Part shown: one piece after another, positions 1-9,613 of the stretch
Layout: each line of letters begins with the position of its first letter
Position numbering within the stretch: position 1 is the stretch's first letter
IMG/VR virus record: IMGVR_UViG_3300005805_005733
Coordinates: 1 to 29,293 of that record
Length of the DNA: 29,293 bases
Direction: 5' to 3' (one strand)
From: a virus
Taxonomy: Duplodnaviria; Caudoviricetes
Translations under genes and position numbers: made by a program
The notes under the pieces: model-generated
Databases searched by the model: none
What the model was told of the DNA's origin: nothing
The model's input: the letters and a program-made list of their open reading frames with translations, nothing else

Positions 1-347
1 TGAACACACCAAATATCAGCAGGATTCCAAGAATCTTTTTTAGCAATTTTAAATTTTACTCTGACTAATTCTGTAATGTAATCCATGAACCCACCGTCTC
101 TTGTAAACTCTGTAAACTTAGATGATGCAAATTCTCTAAACATAGTTTTTTGTTGAGCATGAAATGCCTTTAACCATTCAGCATTTATTGCTGGATAAAT
201 TTTTACCAACTCGATATACTTTTTATCTTTTACAATATCTTCTGGAGTATTGTATCTTTGATTATCATTCAATACTCTACGAAAAATCCACGCAGAACCT
301 AGTTCTTGCATCCTTGTTAATTCAGCTGCTGAATAAGATTTGGCCAT
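1..347 (-). CDS. Partial hypothetical protein (runs off window start), possibly a nuclease; not in the supplied ORF track
   Basis: Manual translation from ATG at 347: MAKSYSAAELTRMQELGSAWIFRRVLNDNQRY...KKDSWNPADIWCV, open to position 1. SD GGAG lies just upstream. Nuclease call rests only on the WNPADIW (PD-like) motif. Confidence 0.75.
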   Translation of the reverse strand, partial: MAKSYSAAELTRMQELGSAWIFRRVLNDNQRYNTPEDIVKDKKYIELVKIYPAINAEWLKAFHAQQKTMFREFASSKFTEFTRDGGFMDYITELVRVKFKIAKKDSWNPADIWCV

Positions 348-348
348 T

Positions 349-382
349 TAAACACTCCTATCAGTTTATTGGAGTATTTATC
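349..382 (-). promoter_or_regulatory. T4-type late promoter (GATAAATA) overlapping a 10-bp RBS-sequestering hairpin
   Basis: Minus strand TAAATACTCC-N12-GGAGTGTTTA-A-ATG. The late-promoter motif is in the 5' arm and the SD is in the 3' arm. Confidence 0.7.
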
Positions 383-391
383 CTATCAGGA

Positions 392-1507
392 CTACCGAAT
401 AATGTCAATCTCTTTTTCGCCTGTCCAGACTTCGATCTCTGTCCTAAGTCTATTCTCAGTCTTTAAGGTTTCAAATCTGTTAATGGCTTTCTTTCTCCAC
501 CACTCAATTATGTTTTTCAAATGAAACTTTTCATAGTTTTCTCCAGCAACCAGTTTAGTTGTTTTTCCATTAACAAAGTCAACCATGTTGTTAAACCCAT
601 AATCTGAAACATAGTAACGTTTTTGTTCATTCAGATTCTTTGCATTTTCTATGGTCTTTTTAAACTTGACACCTTCTGGTGTACCTTTCAATGCAACATT
701 GATGTGTGACACCATGGCATTTGATATCTTTAGTTTACGACTAGATGCGCCTTCTGGTGCGAGTGGTTCACCAATAATTTCTTCCATATATTCTTTTAGT
801 TCGGTGTATGTTTTACCGTGTAACATAGGAAGAAAATCACTATCAGTCAAACCTTTATAACGAATATAAGGTTTCATGCCATCATATTGTGATACAGCTT
901 TAGTTGAACCGTATAAACTTGTTGTCTCAAACAAACAAGTTGTCATGTTATATTTCTTGTTCAACATTTCACGTACTTCATGTGTGGTACAAATCGCAGC
1001 CATCAATTTGCCACCGAGATAATTATAACCAAATGGTTGTGCAGGTACAATAACAAAACCCATGATAGCACATCGATTAAACAACTGTGCGCCACCTTCA
1101 GTTTGAGTAAACACTTGACCCAACATTTCGTTTCTAGGTTTACAGTTAATTACTGGCGAACCTAGTCTAATAAAACCACACCATTTATTTGTTGTGGTTT
1201 CCAATACAGCCAACCTCAAACAACGACCAGGAATACTTGTCATGTTTGAGTGAGAAGATATCATGTTCAAATAAATGTCCCACTTTTCTTGCGAAAGTTC
1301 GACAACTTCAAAGTTCATTTTTTCTGGCGACAGTGTAAAATCGGAGAACAAATCATCTTCAGGTCCCATACCGAAAAGTGTTGGTGACCTCTCTGACATA
1401 GATGACAACTTTTGTTCACGCATGTATTCATCTATTCTTTCAAACCTATCAAAATAGTTTGAGAATACATTTGCACAATAAATTGCTTGATCTTTATTCA
1501 AACTCAT
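392..1507 (-). CDS. DUF4338/DruA-like protein (putative GNAT-like fold), paralog 1
   Basis: 371 aa; motifs IVPAQPFGYNYLGGKLMA, ETTSLYG and SQYD are shared with 20322..21599. Start overlaps the gp41 stop. Confidence 0.65.
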   Translation of the reverse strand: MSLNKDQAIYCANVFSNYFDRFERIDEYMREQKLSSMSERSPTLFGMGPEDDLFSDFTLSPEKMNFEVVELSQEKWDIYLNMISSHSNMTSIPGRCLRLAVLETTTNKWCGFIRLGSPVINCKPRNEMLGQVFTQTEGGAQLFNRCAIMGFVIVPAQPFGYNYLGGKLMAAICTTHEVREMLNKKYNMTTCLFETTSLYGSTKAVSQYDGMKPYIRYKGLTDSDFLPMLHGKTYTELKEYMEEIIGEPLAPEGASSRKLKISNAMVSHINVALKGTPEGVKFKKTIENAKNLNEQKRYYVSDYGFNNMVDFVNGKTTKLVAGENYEKFHLKNIIEWWRKKAINRFETLKTENRLRTEIEVWTGEKEIDIIR

Positions 1508-2910
1508 ACTTTAATTCCACCGAAATTTTTATTAAACTTACTCTCACGATTACCAAATGTATTTAATGGAGGTGTATCATTTGGTTGACCCGAATCTGAA
1601 ATATCATTCTGTGCATCAGGTTCAGCATCATACAATTTCATCTTAGCTCTATCAATACCAACAACAAATCGTTTGAAATGATTTGGATCACCATAACGAT
1701 TTTTCAATTGTTTCACCATAATTTGATTCAACTGTTCAAGTTCTTCAGTGCTGACCAAAGCAAACATAAAGTCTGCTGTTGCTGGTAGACCAAAAGATTC
1801 TGAAGTATCTTCTAGACCTGGATCAGTATTTGTAAAACCACTTCTAGTTGTCTGTGTAGCAGAAAAAACAGGCACAGCAAATTCAACTGCAAGACCACGA
1901 AGTTCTTCTGCAATGGCTTTGATATAAGAATAACTATTTACATTTGCACCAGGTTTGATACGAGAAGAGGAACAAATATTCAGATAATCAATAAAAACAA
2001 TATCTGGTTTGAAATTCTTTTTCAACTGCAATTCATTCAGTAGAGCTCTGAAATGAAGTGCTGATGCCGATGCAGTTGGATATTCCTTGATGATTAATTT
2101 GCCATTGAGTTTAGTTTTAAGATGATTAAACTTTCTACCATAATCATCTTTAGTCAGAGTATACAACTCATTCAAGTCTACATTCAAAAGATTTGCATCG
2201 ATACGTTCTGCAATCTTTTCTTCAGCCATTTCAAGTGTGATATACAAAACATTTTTGCCTTGCGATAGGCATGAGGCAGCAACGTGACACATAAACAAAG
2301 ATTTACCAACACCTGTACCTGCAAGTGCGATATTCAAAGTTTTAATTGGAATACCACCTTTTGTAATCTTGTTAAAGATATCCAGGTCAAATTGAATTCG
2401 TGTTTCTTGTTTGTGATAAAAATCATATCGTGCGTCAAAATCATTTACATAATCGTGGCCAATATGATTATCAAAAGATACAGCCAACGCATCACTTAGA
2501 AGTTTGGGTATCTCACCTTTAGATTTCTTATCTTCACCACTTTGGTCGAGAATGCTGACCGAATTCATGATTGCATTATAGATGGCCTTGTCTTGACAAA
2601 ACTTTTCTGTTTGGTCAATCAGCCAATCCATTTCGGAACTTTCATTCTTGTTTGAATTGAGTTCACGTAATAGATCAACACAACCGTTCACTTCGGTTTG
2701 TGTTAGTCTTTTAGATTCGGTGAAATCAATGAGTAGTGATTCGTAGGTAGGAGGAGTTTTATATTCTTCAATAAAACGTTTTACTTCATTAAAGAATTTT
2801 TTGTGTACATTATCTGAAAAATATTCATGTTTTATGAAAGGAAATACTTTGCGGGTATACTCTTCATTGAAAATCAAGTTCTTCAGAATTACTGTTTCTA
2901 ACTGTTTCAA
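1504..2910 (-). CDS. gp41: T4 gp41-like replicative DNA helicase (DnaB family)
   Basis: Walker A AGTGVGKS, ITLEMAEE, FIDYLNI, ATQTTRSG, KQLKNRY; synteny uvsX-40-41. Confidence 0.97.
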   Translation of the reverse strand: MKQLETVILKNLIFNEEYTRKVFPFIKHEYFSDNVHKKFFNEVKRFIEEYKTPPTYESLLIDFTESKRLTQTEVNGCVDLLRELNSNKNESSEMDWLIDQTEKFCQDKAIYNAIMNSVSILDQSGEDKKSKGEIPKLLSDALAVSFDNHIGHDYVNDFDARYDFYHKQETRIQFDLDIFNKITKGGIPIKTLNIALAGTGVGKSLFMCHVAASCLSQGKNVLYITLEMAEEKIAERIDANLLNVDLNELYTLTKDDYGRKFNHLKTKLNGKLIIKEYPTASASALHFRALLNELQLKKNFKPDIVFIDYLNICSSSRIKPGANVNSYSYIKAIAEELRGLAVEFAVPVFSATQTTRSGFTNTDPGLEDTSESFGLPATADFMFALVSTEELEQLNQIMVKQLKNRYGDPNHFKRFVVGIDRAKMKLYDAEPDAQNDISDSGQPNDTPPLNTFGNRESKFNKNFGGIKV

Positions 2911-3220
2911 GATTCTTTGCCTTTACTAGAATGTAGTCTTGTAAGATATCACCTAACATTATAACAAATTCTTGATCGTCTGTCAACTGTTCTAAGGCAA
3001 ATAATGAAGAATCTATGACATGGTAATTGAATTTTAACCTCGCAAAACCCTCATCTTCAAAGAATTGGGTTTGCGAGTAAGTTACGGTGACGTTTTGATA
3101 TTTACCATCAAGTATGGTAAAATAGGTGTTTTCATCCCTATAATCTACAGAATACTTAGGACTCTGTTGTTTCTTCATCCATGGGAATATCTTGCATAAT
3201 ATTTCCATAAGCAATTTCAT
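2864..3220 (-). CDS. Small protein in the T4 gp40 position (head vertex assembly chaperone-like); true start may be ATG at 3178
   Basis: Lies between uvsX and gp41 as gp40 does in T4 and is of similar size; function inferred from synteny. Confidence 0.5.
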   Translation of the reverse strand: MKLLMEILCKIFPWMKKQQSPKYSVDYRDENTYFTILDGKYQNVTVTYSQTQFFEDEGFARLKFNYHVIDSSLFALEQLTDDQEFVIMLGDILQDYILVKAKNLETVRNSNSEELDFQ

Positions 3221-4211
3221 AACGTTTCCTTACATATTCTTTAAATTTTTCATTAGTTAAAATATCATTCCAAAATTCTTTTGTCTGTGTATCATCGAAT
3301 CGAACTTTGTTTAATACCTCACCAGTATCTTGGTCAACTTTTGCATACCAACCATTACTCGGCTTTGCAACAAAATTTCCTTCGAGAGCAATATCTAGTA
3401 GACCAGAATATTTTTGAATACCACCATCGAAAGCTACTGTGATTGGAATCTTAGATTTCTCACGCACAAATCTAGATTTTTCTATATTGATAATAAAGTT
3501 GTATCCAGTAATTTCTGTTCCGGTTTTTTCTTGTTGGCGACCAAGAATCCAAATGGTATCAGCTGAATAGTAAGAACCTGTACCACCACCAACAATATCT
3601 TTTGGGAACATACCAATTTCTTTGTAAGTATGATTCACAACAATGGCTGGTATATCTTTAATTGTTAAATGAGGTGTAATCATTCTAAACAAAGATTTCA
3701 TTTGTTTAGCTCTAGTCATATCAGCAACAGACTTACCTTCAAGAGAATCTTCAATCTCTTTCTTTGAGGCCAAGTTACCAATAGAATCTAAAACAATAAT
3801 TACACGTTCACCCTTTGAGATGTTTTGCATTTGATTCATGATATCATGTTTTAATTCTTCGACATCCGTAATCGGAGTATGTAAAACTCTACTAGTATCG
3901 ATACCGAACGTATCAAAATATTTTTGAGGAGTACCAAATTCAGAATCGTAAAACAAAACAACAGCGTCACTATACTTCTTTAGGTATGCTGAAGCCATCA
4001 GAAGAGCAAAGGCTGTCTTAAAGTGTTTTGATGGTCCTGCAAACATTGTTAGTCCAGGAGTCAAACCACCATCTAATGATCCTGATAGTGCAACGTTCAC
4101 CATAGGTACATCAGTTTGAATCATATCTTTTTCCGTAAAAAATTCAGACTTAGAAAGTATTGATGTTTCCTTGATAGTCGAACCTTTTTTTAATTTTTCC
4201 ATTAAACTCAT
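3156..4211 (-). CDS. uvsX: UvsX RecA-like recombinase
   Basis: AGPSKHFKT Walker A, FYDSEFG, DSIGNLASKKE, VVNHTY, GGGTG. Confidence 0.97.
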   Translation of the reverse strand: MSLMEKLKKGSTIKETSILSKSEFFTEKDMIQTDVPMVNVALSGSLDGGLTPGLTMFAGPSKHFKTAFALLMASAYLKKYSDAVVLFYDSEFGTPQKYFDTFGIDTSRVLHTPITDVEELKHDIMNQMQNISKGERVIIVLDSIGNLASKKEIEDSLEGKSVADMTRAKQMKSLFRMITPHLTIKDIPAIVVNHTYKEIGMFPKDIVGGGTGSYYSADTIWILGRQQEKTGTEITGYNFIINIEKSRFVREKSKIPITVAFDGGIQKYSGLLDIALEGNFVAKPSNGWYAKVDQDTGEVLNKVRFDDTQTKEFWNDILTNEKFKEYVRKRYEIAYGNIMQDIPMDEETTES

Positions 4212-5023
4212 TGTATTTCTCCAATATTAACAATCTTTGATTTTGGTATTAATTCTGAATCTTCTTTCGCAAACAATTCTACACTAGGAGCTGTAGAGTT
4301 GTCAACCTTTTTCTTCTTAGATACTTTTTTGTTTTCCTCTGGTACATTTTTCATTTTGTATTTTCTGTATGATTGATTCGAAGCAATCAAAAGTAGAACT
4401 GCCAGTGGGTCGAAAACAACTATGATGATTAGTATTACGAAACGTACAGCTTTATCTATAAAGTTTGGATCATCTTTTGTGTATAAAGCCTCGGCAATAT
4501 ACTTAATTGGGCCTATTTCTGCCGTTAGTTTATTTTCTTCTGTTAGTAAAGGTAATTTTTTGTCGTTGATTTCCTTTAATTCTTGTTGTGTCTCTTGTAT
4601 CTGTTTGTCTATTTTTCTAGATGCTGTTGCTGGGTCTCCTGCACGTTTTAATAGATATTCCAACCTTTCTTTTACTATCTTCTCTTGTTGCTCTAATGTT
4701 TTTAATTGAACACTATTCGCACCTACAATTATGTTAGTTTCTAAATGAGCTTTTGAAAGATAACCAAAAATACCCATTGAGGTAATTATCATCAACAGTA
4801 TGATGGACAAAAGAAAATAGTATTTCATAATTCTTATTGTTTCTGTCCAATTGTTATATAACCATGAAACGGTTACTAATTTGGACATTTCTAGTACAGA
4901 CCCCATAATAATGATTGGCCAAAAAGAACCTGGAAATATTTGTGCTAGACCTATAACGGAATAATAAGCTGCGATGGCTGATAAAGCCACCGCAGTAACA
5001 AAAGGAAATATCACTTGTAACAT
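4208..5023 (-). CDS. Hypothetical membrane protein with coiled-coil region
   Basis: Three N-terminal hydrophobic helices, coiled-coil centre, C-terminal TM (IIIVVFDPLAVLLLIA). Confidence 0.8.
   Translation of the reverse strand: MLQVIFPFVTAVALSAIAAYYSVIGLAQIFPGSFWPIIIMGSVLEMSKLVTVSWLYNNWTETIRIMKYYFLLSIILLMIITSMGIFGYLSKAHLETNIIVGANSVQLKTLEQQEKIVKERLEYLLKRAGDPATASRKIDKQIQETQQELKEINDKKLPLLTEENKLTAEIGPIKYIAEALYTKDDPNFIDKAVRFVILIIIVVFDPLAVLLLIASNQSYRKYKMKNVPEENKKVSKKKKVDNSTAPSVELFAKEDSELIPKSKIVNIGEIQ
4276..4305 (-). promoter_or_regulatory. Putative sigma70 promoter for uvsX inside the upstream gene
   Basis: TTGACA-N18-TAGAAT about 65 nt upstream of the uvsX start. Confidence 0.5.
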
Positions 5024-5026
5024 AAT

Positions 5027-7582
5027 CTATCCAAAAAAACTCTCTATAGAATTTTGTTTTTCAACTTGCCATCCCATACAATCTAAAATTACTTTTACAG
5101 GTTCAACGAAGGCCTTATTAAACTGCGTTTCATAATCAATATATTCACTCAAGTTAAATTCTTTAGGTAATCTACCAGGATATGAGATGACATCTTCTTT
5201 GAAATGATTGGGTACTTTCAAATAAGTAAACTTTAGTTTTTCACCTTCTTGAATCAAAGGATACTTTTTCAAAAGTTCATACTTCTTCAAATAATGATTA
5301 TAAAGAATTGCACCGCGCACATGTATAGGTGTACCTTTCTTATACATCATAACAGAATCAGCATAATCTGTCAATCCATTTAATCCGCGAGGGAAAGATA
5401 TATCTTCAGGAGGCAGTTTTTTAAATTCTTGTTTGAAGTTCAAAATAAATTCCTGAACATCACTTTCATTACCCTTCATCATCAACTGAATTACTTCTTT
5501 CATCTTCTCACGTATGGCAGCAGGAGTAGATGACTTTACCATTTCTAAACCCATAACTTTAATTTGAGGTTCTTTGTATTGAACACCTTCATTGTTATAC
5601 ACATTTAGAATATATCTTTTCTTTGCAGTCCAGATACCTTTATCAGAAAGGCCTTCACGTTTCATTTGCATTTTTTGCGAGTATGCGTTAACATACGAAG
5701 CAAGTTCTTGATAACTCTTATCAATAAAAGGTTGTATTTTCTGTTCGCAGACTTTATCCATGAAGGCGATGATTGCATTAACATTCGATTTGTCTTTAAA
5801 GACCGAATCAACAAGCTCACCAAGACGGAGATAAATCGAGTCTGTATCAGAGGCGATAACATAATCTTCATTTTTAGATTTTAATAATTTATTTAAGTAT
5901 TCATTCAGAGCTTTTTCAATCCAACGAATACTTAGTTGACCTGCGGTAGTAACACCCAAAGCCATACGTAAATCATAAAACCTAAAGTATTGAGAACCCA
6001 AAGCACCATAAGCACTATTAAGTGATACTTTTTTAGCTAACTGTAGATTATCATATCTAGCAATAAGGTTTTTAATTTCATATTTCTTAGATTCATCGGT
6101 TTCATTTTCATAATCTTGTTTAGACTTCAACATTAACTTCTTAAACTTTTTTCGATCTTCATACATTTCTTCCAACATTTTAGGAAGAAAACCTTGAATA
6201 TCTGTTCTAAAAAATTGTCCGTTGGGAGTAATTGTTACATTTTTCAGTTTACTAGTATTTACTTTTTTAGATATTAAACGGTCAACATTTACAACTTGAT
6301 TTAAAACTTCACGCATCTCATCAGTATAATCTTCAGCTTCAATAAGAGTTTCTGGTGATATATTGTAACCCATCATTAAGTGTGGATATAGACTATTCAA
6401 GTCAAAACTTGCTACATAGTTATGCATACCAACTTGAGGTTCTTTTACATATGCACCTTCGAAAGCTTCAGTTTTATTCTTAATGATTTTTGGTGGTACA
6501 ATAATATTTTTCTCGAAAAGATATGAGTAAATAATAGAATCCCACATTCTAGTTTGTGCAAAAATATCTTCATAATTTGTTTTTGTATCGTATGCCAAAG
6601 TCAAACCAAGTTCGATAAGTTTTAATTTTCGTTCTAGTTCAAAAACAAGTTCAACGTCAACGATGTTATACTCAATAAACTTTTGAAAGTTTAAACGATA
6701 AAGTTGATGTAGATTATCATATTCAGAATAATCAATTTTTTTCTTACCCAATTCTACATGAGCAATGTTATCTAATCGATATGATTCTTGCGATTTACCC
6801 CCAGGCGCATACCACTTGTACAATTCGAGATAATCTAATGTAGATACTCCAGTTAAATCATATGAAGTCACATTTTTACCACGTATGACTTTTTCTCGAC
6901 CATATACATTATTCCAAGGTGAAAGTCTTTTAGTTTGTTCTTCACCTAGAATACGATTGAAACGATTAACCAAATAAGGAATATCGAAGAATTTAATATT
7001 CCAGCCAGAAATTACATCAGGATAGTCCTTCTCCCAATCATCAAGAAAAGTTTTACAAAGAGTATACTCATCACGACACTTCACATACTTAACATTTTTA
7101 TCTTTGTTAGTCTCATCTTTTTCTTTATCATAATCACCACAACCATAAACGACCATATCGCCATTCAAGTCACGAATAGCGATAGCAGTAATCGGTTCTG
7201 TTGCTTTGTATGGATCAGGAAAACCATTTTCTGATCCAACCTCAATATCGATGATAGAAACTTTTAAGTCATCGATACTCCAGTCAATCATTCCTGGTTG
7301 TGTTTCAGCAATAAAAGCATATTCGAAACTAGAATTGCCATAGATTTTAAAGTTTTGAACATCTTCATAACGTTTATTAAAATCACGAGCATCACGCATG
7401 GTTTCAAATCTTTTAGATTCTAAATTTTCACCAAACAGATTTTTCCATTCTGTGTTTTTATTTGTTGGTAAAAACAAAGTCGGAGAGTATTGGATTTTCA
7501 TCTTAACTCTCCGACCGTCTTTTACACCCCGAAATAGAATATTATTTCCATATGTTGAAACGTTGGTATAATATTTTTTCAT
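5027..7582 (-). CDS. gp43: Family B DNA polymerase (T4 gp43-like), uninterrupted
   Basis: Exo DIEV, GWNIKFFDIPY; pol SFDLNSLYP, KVSLNSAYG, SDTDS, KKRY; C-terminal clamp-binding SIESFFG. Confidence 0.98.
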   Translation of the reverse strand: MKKYYTNVSTYGNNILFRGVKDGRRVKMKIQYSPTLFLPTNKNTEWKNLFGENLESKRFETMRDARDFNKRYEDVQNFKIYGNSSFEYAFIAETQPGMIDWSIDDLKVSIIDIEVGSENGFPDPYKATEPITAIAIRDLNGDMVVYGCGDYDKEKDETNKDKNVKYVKCRDEYTLCKTFLDDWEKDYPDVISGWNIKFFDIPYLVNRFNRILGEEQTKRLSPWNNVYGREKVIRGKNVTSYDLTGVSTLDYLELYKWYAPGGKSQESYRLDNIAHVELGKKKIDYSEYDNLHQLYRLNFQKFIEYNIVDVELVFELERKLKLIELGLTLAYDTKTNYEDIFAQTRMWDSIIYSYLFEKNIIVPPKIIKNKTEAFEGAYVKEPQVGMHNYVASFDLNSLYPHLMMGYNISPETLIEAEDYTDEMREVLNQVVNVDRLISKKVNTSKLKNVTITPNGQFFRTDIQGFLPKMLEEMYEDRKKFKKLMLKSKQDYENETDESKKYEIKNLIARYDNLQLAKKVSLNSAYGALGSQYFRFYDLRMALGVTTAGQLSIRWIEKALNEYLNKLLKSKNEDYVIASDTDSIYLRLGELVDSVFKDKSNVNAIIAFMDKVCEQKIQPFIDKSYQELASYVNAYSQKMQMKREGLSDKGIWTAKKRYILNVYNNEGVQYKEPQIKVMGLEMVKSSTPAAIREKMKEVIQLMMKGNESDVQEFILNFKQEFKKLPPEDISFPRGLNGLTDYADSVMMYKKGTPIHVRGAILYNHYLKKYELLKKYPLIQEGEKLKFTYLKVPNHFKEDVISYPGRLPKEFNLSEYIDYETQFNKAFVEPVKVILDCMGWQVEKQNSIESFFG

Positions 7583-7888
7583 TTAAACGAGTTTTGATGC
7601 GATTTGAATTCCTGAACCGAAGATTTGATTGTATTGGTTTTCCAACTCAACCACTGGAGTATTGATGCACAAAATATCTGATTTACTGAGTTTAATTCCT
7701 ACTTTAAACTCCTTACTATATTCTAGATAAGGAGAAAAAGCAATACCACCTTGGTCAGTTTGTGAACGTGGAGGTACAACAACTACTTGTACTGGTTCAC
7801 GAATTGTGACCGTTTCAAAATCATCATTTTCGGTTACTGATCCGATAAGTGTTTGATTTGTTTTGAATGTGATTAGTTTAACAGCCAT
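7583..7888 (-). CDS. Hypothetical protein (possible Sm-like beta fold, T4-like core neighbour of gp43)
   Basis: 101 aa ORF abutting gp43; beta-rich pattern. Confidence 0.7.
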   Translation of the reverse strand: MAVKLITFKTNQTLIGSVTENDDFETVTIREPVQVVVVPPRSQTDQGGIAFSPYLEYSKEFKVGIKLSKSDILCINTPVVELENQYNQIFGSGIQIASKLV

Positions 7889-7893
7889 TATAC

Positions 7894-8127
7894 TTAAACC
7901 TCCATTTTCGAATCATATACTTCGAGGGTTAACCAACGTTTTGGAAACAACATTTCTCTACCCTCAAAATCCTTCATATCATATGTAGGGTCATCAACAA
8001 GACCAATTAGTTCTACCATGTCATCATAATCACGGTAGAACAAATCATACTTGTATGCTTTAGGGATATTTTTATTTGTTTCTACAAGTTTTTTAATTAC
8101 TTCATTCATTGTATTGATGCCTTTCAT
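7894..8127 (-). CDS. Hypothetical protein
   Basis: 77 aa ORF in an operon with 4-nt overlap. Confidence 0.65.
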   Translation of the reverse strand: MKGINTMNEVIKKLVETNKNIPKAYKYDLFYRDYDDMVELIGLVDDPTYDMKDFEGREMLFPKRWLTLEVYDSKMEV

Positions 8128-8495
8128 TTTTTAACAAATTTACTAAAGTCAGGAGGTTTCCACCCTTCAGGCTTTAAAACTTTACCATCTTCACGCTTCA
8201 AAACTTTCAGTGTTGCCTTATCAATTTTTTTAAGATTGCTTAGGGCACCTTCATCCCATATTCTTTCACAACTCCAACCTCTCGATAACATATACCCAAC
8301 AATAACCCATATTGTATCAAAACACGCATCGATTGTCAATACATCATCATTTAATTGCCTGGCTTCTTTAAATTCCTTTTCGTATTCTTCCTCAATGAGT
8401 TTCAAGTACAATTCTGCCTGTTGTGGATTGTCTTGATTGATAGTTTGCCCAGCAGCAGTCATAAATGTTGCCACATCTGTAAAAACTTTTGTCAT
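8124..8495 (-). CDS. MazG-like / all-alpha NTP pyrophosphohydrolase
   Basis: LIEEEY..E, IDACFD, SNLKK, REDGKVLKPEGWKPP pattern typical of this phage family. Confidence 0.8.
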   Translation of the reverse strand: MTKVFTDVATFMTAAGQTINQDNPQQAELYLKLIEEEYEKEFKEARQLNDDVLTIDACFDTIWVIVGYMLSRGWSCERIWDEGALSNLKKIDKATLKVLKREDGKVLKPEGWKPPDFSKFVKK

Positions 8496-8941
8496 GATTT
8501 TTCCTTTTCGTAAACTCTTTTACGCAATTCTGTTGAGCTGAATCTATGACTTCTGGAATTATAGTAAGTTCTTATTCCTCTACTATCACAAATATCTAAA
8601 CCAGTTAAAGGTTTGTCTTTGTATTCTACACCACAAATTCGAATAGTTATAGGAAGAAACATCAATAAATCTTCCAAATCTTTTTCATTTTCATAAACCA
8701 CAATCTCATCAACAAATTTTACGGCTGATAGTTGAACATATCTCTCAACTACAGACTGTATCGGTTTATTTTTTACTGTGGGTCTATCAATTGTTGGATC
8801 AGTTTGTAAACCAACGATAAGGTAGTCACATATTTGTTTACATTCGGCAAGCATCAATATATGACCTGCATGAAGTAAATCGAAGGTTGAACAGGTAAAT
8901 CCTATTGGTTTACCCATCATATCATCAGGTATGCATAACAT
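8492..8941 (-). CDS. Cytidylyltransferase (glycerol-3-phosphate cytidylyltransferase-like)
   Basis: FDLLHAGH (HIGH motif), LIVGLQTD, RFSSTELR. Confidence 0.88.
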   Translation of the reverse strand: MLCIPDDMMGKPIGFTCSTFDLLHAGHILMLAECKQICDYLIVGLQTDPTIDRPTVKNKPIQSVVERYVQLSAVKFVDEIVVYENEKDLEDLLMFLPITIRICGVEYKDKPLTGLDICDSRGIRTYYNSRSHRFSSTELRKRVYEKEKS

Positions 8942-8950
8942 ATTTTTCTT

Positions 8951-9385
8951 TCACTCTATATTCAATATTTTAACACCACATTTTTCTAAAAAATTTATAC
9001 CATCATCATTTCTATAAACATTTTTATAGAAAACTCTAGTAATTCCAGATTGGTGTATTAATTTTGCACAGTCTAAACAAGGCGCATGAGTTACGAACAT
9101 ATAAGAACCTTCAGTAGAATTTGTAGACCTAGCAACTTTAGAAATAGCATTTGATTCTGCATGAATTACTTCTGGTTTAGTTTTTAATGTAGGTATATCA
9201 CCTTCAATTGGTGTAGTTAAATCTTCACATCGATTAGTCCAACCAGATGGCATACCATTATAACCAATACCTATAATTGTATCGTCTTTTACAATTACAG
9301 CACCTACCTTCAGTCTCTTAGCCGAAGAAAGTTCCGAATATACTTCAGCAACTTTCATGTGGGCTAAAATGAACTTGCGCTTCAT
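8951..9385 (-). CDS. cd: dCMP deaminase
   Basis: VGAVIVKD, GYNG, HAESNAI, PCLDC zinc motifs. Confidence 0.93.
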   Translation of the reverse strand: MKRKFILAHMKVAEVYSELSSAKRLKVGAVIVKDDTIIGIGYNGMPSGWTNRCEDLTTPIEGDIPTLKTKPEVIHAESNAISKVARSTNSTEGSYMFVTHAPCLDCAKLIHQSGITRVFYKNVYRNDDGINFLEKCGVKILNIE

Positions 9386-9570
9386 TCTTCAGAAGGAACT
9401 TCAACTGCAAGTTTATTCCTATTTTTTTTCTTTTCTCTGGGAGCTTCTCTTGATCCTGTGATGATTGCTTCTATCATCAAGTGTTTGAATTCATGCGATT
9501 CTGTACTCATCATAGAGGACATAATGCGTTTGACTTCTTTCGGCATACGAAAGCTATGGTCTTTTCTCAT
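9382..9570 (-). CDS. Small hypothetical protein (possible ribbon-helix-helix)
   Basis: 62 aa with SD GGAG; N-terminal HSFRMPKEVKR resembles an RHH strand-helix start (weak). Confidence 0.6.
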   Translation of the reverse strand: MRKDHSFRMPKEVKRIMSSMMSTESHEFKHLMIEAIITGSREAPREKKKNRNKLAVEVPSEE

Positions 9571-9590
9571 GATATATTATTTTCTCCATG

Positions 9591-9611
9591 AATGGGGGCA
9601 GAGCCCCCATT
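9591..9611 (-). terminator. GC-rich hairpin after hsp20 (terminator or mRNA-stabilising/processing stem)
   Basis: AATGGGGGC-TCT-GCCCCCATT perfect 9-bp stem; no U-tract. Confidence 0.5.
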
Positions 9612-9613
9612 AG

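Noticed and set aside
164-466. 100-aa plus-strand ORF and the other short plus-strand ORFs in the track (except 13675..14238)
   Set aside because: Shadows of well-supported minus-strand genes, with no RBS or motifs.
5027-7582. Intein, intron or split in DNA polymerase
   Set aside because: Continuous 851-aa ORF with normal motif spacing.
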